Shown here: piece after piece, positions 57,571-64,000 of the stretch
How the letters are laid out: every line of letters begins with the position of its first letter
How positions within the stretch are numbered: the first letter of the stretch is position 1
From: a virus
DNA length: 64,000 bases
Reading direction: 5' to 3' (one strand)
IMG/VR virus record: IMGVR_UViG_3300034782_000041
Span: 10,407 to 74,406 of that record
The notes under the pieces: model-generated
What the model was told of the DNA's origin: nothing
Seen by the model: the letters and a program-made list of their open reading frames with translations, nothing else
The model's database searches: none
Made by a program: the position numbers and the translations under genes

Positions 57571-58629
57571 CTATGACACACGTAGAATCTCCAACACGTC
57601 AGCTGGCGTGAGACAAAACCATTCGGTTCGTTCGTCACGGGCTTTCTGGTCGGCGTATCTCGCGTGTAGATATTTCTCTTGTTCTCGCGTTCCGGGGATA
57701 GTGCCTAGCAGCCGCAGCGTATCAGCGTTGCCGGTCTGTAGTGCGGCTAGCCGCTTCGCAGGTGTACTATCCGTCCATCCGATTTTGACACGCCCACGCC
57801 CATCCTGGATGAGATAGATAGCACCTGTGTTGTCATCCTCGGATTGAAACATCGTCGCCCAAGCGTCTTTCGCGTGACGCGCATAGAGCAAGTGCTCGAA
57901 CGCGTCTGGGCAGGACTCAGCGCGATCAAGCGGATCGCTTTCGTGGTCGTCGATCCTTTTTTCGTCAACTTCCGTCAGCCGGTAGTTGATGATCCCAAAA
58001 GTGTCCCACCGGTTGGTGCGCCTCGGCCAGGGTATATGACACAGCGGCGGCAGTGTCCACAGGCGACGGTTATCGTACGTTACTTGCTCGGGTCGAAACC
58101 AAGGAGGCAAACTCGACGTGTAACGTGACAAGTCAACGACGTGCTCATCGTTGCGGAGATCGGGGTGATCACGGAGTAACGTATCAACGCGTTTGACAAT
58201 CTTGTCGTGATACTTACGAGCAGTGTCACGTAGGATTAGCGCTTGGTCGCCTCCGAGTGCAATGTGCAATCCGAGATAGAGCACAATCTGTTCGTGGACG
58301 TCCGACGTCGTGCATGTCGAGAACCAGTCTACGACAGGACGTGGGATCAATGTCACGTAGATCGTACCCGTGTCATGTGCTGTCTTCGGATCGAAGAACG
58401 TTCGCGTGACCACAGCCTGGTGGAGGCGTTCTAACGCAAGTACACCGGCAATGTTGTTAGGACACGCTACGACACTTGAATCCGATTGGCAGCGGAGATG
58501 ACAGACCTCTCCCCACTCTTTCCGGCCATCGAGCCGCGCGGTAGGCACATAGCCCTGCCTACGCCAATACCGGAAGCTGTGCAGGTCATCGAATGGTGGC
58601 CGATCTAGGTCACAGGGTGATGTGAGCAT
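57571..58629 (-). CDS. protein with C-terminal T5orf172 (GIY-YIG superfamily) domain
   Basis: C-terminal GAIYLIQDGRGRVKIGWTDSTPAKRLAALQTGNADTLRLLGTIPGT..EKYLHARYADQ..RTEWF matches the T5orf172 domain; start trimmed from 58872 to MLTSPCDL. Confidence 0.5.
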   Translation of the reverse strand: MLTSPCDLDRPPFDDLHSFRYWRRQGYVPTARLDGRKEWGEVCHLRCQSDSSVVACPNNIAGVLALERLHQAVVTRTFFDPKTAHDTGTIYVTLIPRPVVDWFSTCTTSDVHEQIVLYLGLHIALGGDQALILRDTARKYHDKIVKRVDTLLRDHPDLRNDEHVVDLSRYTSSLPPWFRPEQVTYDNRRLWTLPPLCHIPWPRRTNRWDTFGIINYRLTEVDEKRIDDHESDPLDRAESCPDAFEHLLYARHAKDAWATMFQSEDDNTGAIYLIQDGRGRVKIGWTDSTPAKRLAALQTGNADTLRLLGTIPGTREQEKYLHARYADQKARDERTEWFCLTPADVLEILRVS

Positions 58630-58664
58630 GGCCTGACTATACTGGCCAGGCCTGACGTATTCTG

Positions 58665-59162
58665 TCAGGTCGCCGAAACCTCCTTGCAGATGTTGCACAA
58701 CTCCTCGTCGAACATAGGAGTTTCCCACACGTACGGCTTGCGGCGCCCGTTCTGCGTGACCTCCTCGTAGCGTCGTCGTTGTACGGCTTCCTCGTCGAGG
58801 AACTTGCGGAGAAATGCTGCTTGGTCGTCGAGCGTGTCGATGACCGAGCTGGCGAAGAGATACTCGGTCCACTTGCGTTCCTGGCCGGGCCCGAGCCGCT
58901 TCTGGTATGTGAGAAAGTCAGCGTCCTCGAACCGGTTGCGTGCGCGCATGGCCTCGACATGTTGCTGCGCTACGGATCGCCAGCCGCCGTGGTACTTCTG
59001 ATAGCTCTGGCAGTGGAGCTTTCCCCGCATGTGCGAAATCATCATGCAGAGGACTGTTGCTTTGCGTCCGCTGGCCTGTTTGACCGCAGCTTTCAGGCGG
59101 TCTCGCACTGCACGTCGTTGGGCCCATACATCTTCGGTAATCTCTGCTGTTGCTTGCATCAT
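58665..59162 (-). CDS. hypothetical protein
   Basis: 165-aa ORF with balanced composition. Confidence 0.4.
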   Translation of the reverse strand: MMQATAEITEDVWAQRRAVRDRLKAAVKQASGRKATVLCMMISHMRGKLHCQSYQKYHGGWRSVAQQHVEAMRARNRFEDADFLTYQKRLGPGQERKWTEYLFASSVIDTLDDQAAFLRKFLDEEAVQRRRYEEVTQNGRRKPYVWETPMFDEELCNICKEVSAT

Positions 59163-59208
59163 TGCTTACGTCCTTTCAGTCATTGGCTTCTTTTGGTAGA
59201 TTGAGTAC

Positions 59209-59436
59209 ATGGCAAAGCGGAAACCCAGCTGTTGGTTCGTCGTCTCCTACTACGCAGGCGACCGCCCAGGCGCCAAACCGAAGCCTCGCGGTTTCGTCCG
59301 TGGCACCATGGGCAAAGCGGCCGCACAGAGACTCGCTGCGTCGTTGCAGCGTAAAGAGGGCGGGCAAGCTGCAAACGTCGTCGTCGAGGCGTACAGCTGC
59401 GACCGTGCACCCAAACTTTTTGACCTGCGTATCTAG
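59209..59436 (+). CDS. hypothetical small protein
   Basis: 75-aa ORF MAKRKPSCWFVVSYYAGDRPGAKPKPRGF. Confidence 0.4.
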   Translation: MAKRKPSCWFVVSYYAGDRPGAKPKPRGFVRGTMGKAAAQRLAASLQRKEGGQAANVVVEAYSCDRAPKLFDLRI

Positions 59437-59446
59437 CGTTGGGGCG

Positions 59447-59929
59447 ATGTCGTATCCTCAGAAATGGCTCCACGGGCGGCGTGGTTCGTTGCTGGGAGCC
59501 ATCGCGCGCTACGGCTCGTTGTTCTTGACGAACGACTTTGACTTCGCAGAGGGGTACGGAGACGTCTACGAGATCACACTGTGCCCAGGGTTGATGGTTT
59601 TTGATACGTCGGATCGGACGGAGGTCGCGTCCGTTGTCCGTGCGCTCTGGCAGGATTACCGCTCGGACGTACTCGATCCTGAGCTTGATGGTATTTTCCG
59701 ACAGTTTAGGCGGGAGCGACGTGCCCCCTCCGAAGTGTTCGAGATACTCGAAGAAGAGATCGCGCCACACCAGATCCGAGGAAATTCGATATACGACTCG
59801 CAGTCCTTCCAACAATGGTTGACCGCGCGTGGGGTCCAGCTCGTGCTTTTCTGGGATGAAGACACAGCGCTTGTGCTCGATGCTCAACATGCAGTGTGCC
59901 ACTACGAGCTGGCTCCAGAGGATTGGTAG
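59447..59929 (+). CDS. hypothetical protein
   Basis: Start trimmed to MSYPQKW within the 59150-59929 ORF; upstream portion is low-complexity Ser/Ala and overlaps 59209-59436. Confidence 0.4.
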   Translation: MSYPQKWLHGRRGSLLGAIARYGSLFLTNDFDFAEGYGDVYEITLCPGLMVFDTSDRTEVASVVRALWQDYRSDVLDPELDGIFRQFRRERRAPSEVFEILEEEIAPHQIRGNSIYDSQSFQQWLTARGVQLVLFWDEDTALVLDAQHAVCHYELAPEDW

Positions 59930-60376
59930 CGTCATCGCAACAGCTCCAACCGGCTGAGCGCCCGCCGCACCCCACGACGGTTCTCGACTGGCAACACACC
60001 GATGGCCGTGGCTGCGCCGCAATACGGCGGGTCAGGTTCTCGGATGACAACGTGGGGGATGGCAGCTTGGTCGAGCCGATACGCAGCCCATTCGAGCTGG
60101 GCTTCGTCCTCGGCTGCTAGAATGACAGCGTAGACGACCGGCTCGGTACCGTACGGTCGGGGGAGTTTCAGCGACTCTCCAGCAGCGTGCGCGAGCTGGG
60201 CTGCGAGGTCGCCGAGCGGTAAGTCACGTCGGACTACGACGTAGTGGGTGAGACTAACGCTGTGGTCGTGGCTGCATGATCTTCATCGTGCGGATGACTG
60301 TTTAGTTTGTCAAGCGTTTTGCAGGCTCAGACAGCTCAACACAGATGATGTCACACCGAGCTGGTAGAAACAGGGT

Positions 60377-61114
60377 ATGCGTATTCTGGTACTAGATGTC
60401 GAAACCACAGGCCTCAAAGCTGGCCGTGACGCGCTCCTCGAAGTGGCTGCGGCTGTCTTTGACTCCGAAGTCAAAGCTATGATTTGGGCCTACTCGACCA
60501 TCATGCCGATCCAGGTCGAGAACCCCATAGTGAAGATCAACAACATCACCTCGGACATCTTGGCTGCGGCTGTCAACCTGTACGCGTGGCGGCCTGTGTT
60601 CTGTGACGTGGATGGACCACTCGCCCCGATTCTGCAACTCTGCGATTCGGGTGCGGTGGACGTCTGCACAGCACACAACCGAAAGTTCGACCAGGCGTTC
60701 ATCGACGCACTTGCAGAAGATCCTCCACTGCTACGCAGTCAGGACCGCACGCCCATTCCATGGTTCTGCACGATGGACCTCACCTATCCCCATCAGCAGA
60801 AATCGAAGGCGCTGCGTTACCTGGCAGTTGATCACGGTATCCCGATCAGCAACCAGCTTCACCGCGCGCTCTCAGATGTACTCCTGACCTGCGAGCTGCT
60901 TACACACGTCGAGGACCTTGATGAGCAGATCGTCGAGGCCATGAAGCCGCGAGCTGTTTTCCAGGCGCTCGTTTCCTACGACGACCGCGAGCTAGCTAAG
61001 AAGGCCGGCTTTCGGTGGAACAAGGACATGAAGCGCTGGGAGAAGGAGCTGCCGCACGACGCAGCCATTGACCCAACCAGCAATCGTCCATTTCGCATTC
61101 AGGTTGTTGCCTAA
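60377..61114 (+). CDS. DnaQ-like (DEDDh) 3-5 exonuclease with C-terminal extension
   Basis: Exo I MRILVLDVETTGL, Exo II TAHNRKFDQAFI, Exo III HRALSDV (H-x4-D). Confidence 0.65.
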   Translation: MRILVLDVETTGLKAGRDALLEVAAAVFDSEVKAMIWAYSTIMPIQVENPIVKINNITSDILAAAVNLYAWRPVFCDVDGPLAPILQLCDSGAVDVCTAHNRKFDQAFIDALAEDPPLLRSQDRTPIPWFCTMDLTYPHQQKSKALRYLAVDHGIPISNQLHRALSDVLLTCELLTHVEDLDEQIVEAMKPRAVFQALVSYDDRELAKKAGFRWNKDMKRWEKELPHDAAIDPTSNRPFRIQVVA

Positions 61115-61166
61115 CCCACGGTTAACGTAGCGATGGTGTCGCGAAAACGTCGAGAGGAACAGAAAA

Positions 61167-61397
61167 ATGAAGCATGCACGAGATGACTACAACCGAATTC
61201 AAGATCCGACGAACGCGATCCCGGAGAACGAACCTGTGTTCCTGATTCGAGGCCAGGACGCTGTGTCCGGTGATGCTGTACGGCACTGGGCGAAACTCAA
61301 CGACGAACGCGGCGGTGACCCAGAGCTGTCCCGTCGCGCTCGTGAACAGGCGACGAAGATGGATGCCTGGCCAAAGAAGAAGCCGGCCGATCTATAG
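61167..61397 (+). CDS. hypothetical small protein
   Basis: 76-aa ORF. Confidence 0.35.
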   Translation: MKHARDDYNRIQDPTNAIPENEPVFLIRGQDAVSGDAVRHWAKLNDERGGDPELSRRAREQATKMDAWPKKKPADL

Positions 61398-61499
61398 GCC
61401 GACGATTCGTTGCCCGGCGGCCCCTGACAGAGAGACCGGGGGACAGCAAGAAATTCGATCAGAGACGCGATTGGCAGCGGTTTCGAGTTAGACTAAACC

Positions 61500-61892
61500 A
61501 TGCCACGACAACCGTTAGCCAAGATCCGGCCGGGCATCTATGAAACCGGCGTTGGGCCCTACGTGGCCGACCTGGATGTAGACGTCATCTTTTGGAGGCG
61601 TGAGAAAGACAAGTGGTCAGGCGAGTGGCAAGAACGCCAAGTGCCGGCAAGTTGGTGGCCCGGACGGAACATCCGGCCAATGCTTTCGATCGACGTCTAC
61701 ATTGACTGGTACTACCACCAAGTCATCGAGAACGATTGGGACGAAGAGCGCGAGTTGCTCACAGCTATCGGCGAAGAGCTGGGGCTCGACCCACGCAAGC
61801 TGTCGTTTGGGCACGGGTGGATGCCGAGCAAGTGTGGTTGGGTACGCGCCGTTGACTATTCGGGCAAGTTCGAGCCAATCATCGAGGCCTAG
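61500..61892 (+). CDS. hypothetical protein
   Basis: 130-aa ORF, Trp-rich. Confidence 0.4.
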   Translation: MPRQPLAKIRPGIYETGVGPYVADLDVDVIFWRREKDKWSGEWQERQVPASWWPGRNIRPMLSIDVYIDWYYHQVIENDWDEERELLTAIGEELGLDPRKLSFGHGWMPSKCGWVRAVDYSGKFEPIIEA

Positions 61893-61949
61893 TGCGGCCA
61901 GCTAGAATCGTAGTAGAGTGAAGATCGCAGACGCGATTTCTACGAGGCT

Positions 61950-62276
61950 ATGATGGCAAAAAAGCAAGAATTCACGATTACCCGCGGCTGGCACAAAGTG
62001 TCACCGAAGACGATGAAGCAGCGCCGGCAGCTCTTCGATCGATGCGGCCGCAAAGCGTTCCTCGATCCGAAGAACCTCAGCTTCCCTATCATCGCCAAGA
62101 GTGGGCCGTGCGTGGTGGACTGTCAGGGGCTCCTCGCAGCCAAGGGCCGAGCGGCTCAGATGGTGACGCGGTCCAAGAACGCGGGCCGCAAGAAGGACGC
62201 GGCCAAGTACGCGCGTATCGCGAAGAAGGCCGAGCAAAAAGGCGTGCGCAACAGCTGCGCCTGGGCTGGCCACTAG
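61950..62276 (+). CDS. hypothetical basic protein
   Basis: 108-aa ORF; Lys/Arg-rich C-terminus. Confidence 0.4.
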   Translation: MMAKKQEFTITRGWHKVSPKTMKQRRQLFDRCGRKAFLDPKNLSFPIIAKSGPCVVDCQGLLAAKGRAAQMVTRSKNAGRKKDAAKYARIAKKAEQKGVRNSCAWAGH

Positions 62277-62288
62277 TGTCACACCCGG

Positions 62289-63389
62289 TTGCTATGGTGT
62301 CTCCATACGGAGGAAATCATGGCAACCCGCTCGCCCCTCAAAGACAAGACTCTCGGCGATCTGCTTGCGCCGATCAGTGACCGCAGCAACGACGTAGCCG
62401 AGCTAACGACGACGTTGACAAACTACTGGGCCTACGATCTCTACGCCCGGAAGCCAGGTCCGGCGCTCCTCGACAACGGTGTGCTATCCCCAACTGACCT
62501 CGACCTGAGCTGCTTCCTGGCTGCGCTCGTTGACCGCCGCGCGGTCATCAATCTACCCACCTACCGGAATCGCCGGCCCACGACGAAGAAGTCCACCGAG
62601 CACGTCATCTCGAAGGACAACCGACACGGACACATCGTTGGTCTGCGCTCGAACAAAGACGTCTTCAGCTTTGGTGTGTTGGTCAAGGACATGAACGTGA
62701 TGACGTCCGCTGACGACGTGCAGGACGTTGGCGCCTTCCGCAACTTCATGATCGTTGATATCGACGGCACCTGGCATTCAGGTTGGAAGACCATCGAGTT
62801 CGTTCCCACCGCGAAGGAGAACGACTGGATCAACGACAAGAAGCTCTGGACCGGCAACAAGATCGTCTTCAAGAACTTCGTCCACCCGAACCGCTGGCCG
62901 AGCTTCTACGGCAAGTACTACCTCGCAACAAAGGTCCTTATCGCACGCATGGAAGAGGAAGCACGCGCGCTGCGTGCCTGGATCAAGGAACGTCGCGTAG
63001 ACGAGCCCAAGAAGGACTACGTCAAGCCAGAGGTTACCGAGATCGGTCCGGCCGAGAAGGTCGTCGTGACCGCGTTCGAGGCTATTGTGGACGTCCAACC
63101 GGGCCTCCACGGCAAGTTCGGGAAGCCCCGCTCGATGAACAACGCCACCCAGCGACTCAAGCAGATCACAGACGCGCTACCGGCCCTCAGGTTCGCTACA
63201 CGCGCGACCGAATTGGCCTTCCACCAACACGGCCCGGACCCACGCCCAGCCTGGGTAGGAGGCGTATGGGAGGATTGGAAGCCGAAGGGCGGCCGCACGG
63301 TGTGGCAACGGCTTGTACTGCACCCTAGCAACGTCGCGATCCGTTATCGTACGCGGGATAAAACCGAGACAGTCGCAGCCAATCCGTAG
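62289..63389 (+). CDS. hypothetical protein
   Basis: 366-aa ORF. Confidence 0.45.
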   Translation: MLWCLHTEEIMATRSPLKDKTLGDLLAPISDRSNDVAELTTTLTNYWAYDLYARKPGPALLDNGVLSPTDLDLSCFLAALVDRRAVINLPTYRNRRPTTKKSTEHVISKDNRHGHIVGLRSNKDVFSFGVLVKDMNVMTSADDVQDVGAFRNFMIVDIDGTWHSGWKTIEFVPTAKENDWINDKKLWTGNKIVFKNFVHPNRWPSFYGKYYLATKVLIARMEEEARALRAWIKERRVDEPKKDYVKPEVTEIGPAEKVVVTAFEAIVDVQPGLHGKFGKPRSMNNATQRLKQITDALPALRFATRATELAFHQHGPDPRPAWVGGVWEDWKPKGGRTVWQRLVLHPSNVAIRYRTRDKTETVAANP

Positions 63390-63407
63390 ACGTGATACGT
63401 TAGTCGA

Positions 63408-63710
63408 ATGAGACTCGGTGCACCGGCGTACGAACACCTCCAGAACGGCAAACAGGCAGTCAAAGAAGCTGCGCAAGAGCTGAAACGTGCCCGCGATGCA
63501 GTTGCCTGCAAAGAGGCTGCGACCGCGTTTCTTCTCAGCGCCAACCGAATCGGTAAGGCGCTATCGGAGTCACGCGCGGCGAAGGCTCAGGTAGGTCAGC
63601 TCAGCAAAGGCCAAGTGACACAAGCCAAGCGTTTGTACAGCGCCGCGGTGAAGCTGCAACGCCGTATCATTCTCTTTCACGCGAGTTTCACAGACCGATG
63701 CTTGCGCTAG
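63408..63710 (+). CDS. hypothetical protein
   Basis: 100-aa ORF. Confidence 0.35.
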   Translation: MRLGAPAYEHLQNGKQAVKEAAQELKRARDAVACKEAATAFLLSANRIGKALSESRAAKAQVGQLSKGQVTQAKRLYSAAVKLQRRIILFHASFTDRCLR

Positions 63711-64000
63711 TCACCACTGAAGAACAGCGTCGGGCAGAGATTGCAGCCGTTGCTGTGAGTCTCGGCGCCGGGCTCATCGTGGGGCTGCTAGCGCAGGTGC
63801 TAGGCGCGCGACCGCTGCCTACAGCACTGGCTACCGGAGCGACAATCGCAGCCAGCAGCGTCGTCTTTATGCGCATTTGACGACGCGCTACCATATTCTG
63901 GTTGGAGTTGATAGACTGGCGACATGGCACGCGCACAGTACCCACGGTGTGTATTCTTCGAGCCGCAAACGGGACTGATCCGTAAAAGGGAGCCCCGACG

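Noticed and set aside
59180-60022. Minus-strand 280-aa ORF overlapping 59209-59929
   Set aside because: Arg/Pro-rich GC-frame artefact; plus-strand ORFs have a balanced composition and a clean start after the upstream gene.

Overview
High-GC (~60%) window that reads as a large double-stranded DNA phage or prophage segment; no ribosomal RNA, CRISPR array or classical cellular housekeeping genes are present. Three blocks stand out. (1) A paralogous structural/receptor-binding gene cassette at 8.7-14.8 kb with shuffled N- and C-terminal domains. (2) A ~4.9 kb minus-strand tRNA array (19.98-24.84 kb) with at least 36 tRNAs covering all 20 amino acids, interrupted by two HNH endonuclease genes; several tRNAs have non-canonical T-loops and two have leucine-family anticodons on short-variable-arm bodies. 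(3) A DNA metabolism block (36-61 kb): D5-like primase/helicase, two SNF2-like ATPases, Cas4/RecB-like nuclease, Sak4-like ATPase with DUF669 single-strand DNA binding protein, family-A DNA polymerase fused to a uracil-DNA glycosylase-like domain, dTMP kinase, DinG/XPD helicase, Dam methylase, UvrD-like helicase, DnaQ-like exonuclease. Unusual singletons: an 868-aa major vault protein (MVP) homolog (30633-33239, minus strand); a frameshifted RF1/RF-H-like release-factor remnant with PPI in place of PAT (5616-6152); a protein with two tandem AP2-type DNA-binding domains (4009-5076); an 11-bp periodic TTAGAAG repeat array in an AT-rich divergent intergenic region; a CYTH-domain protein; a Nudix hydrolase; an isolated tRNA next to a T5orf172-domain gene. 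All calls rest on manual motif reading of the six-frame translations and hand folding of tRNAs; coordinates of tRNAs are approximate to a few nt.
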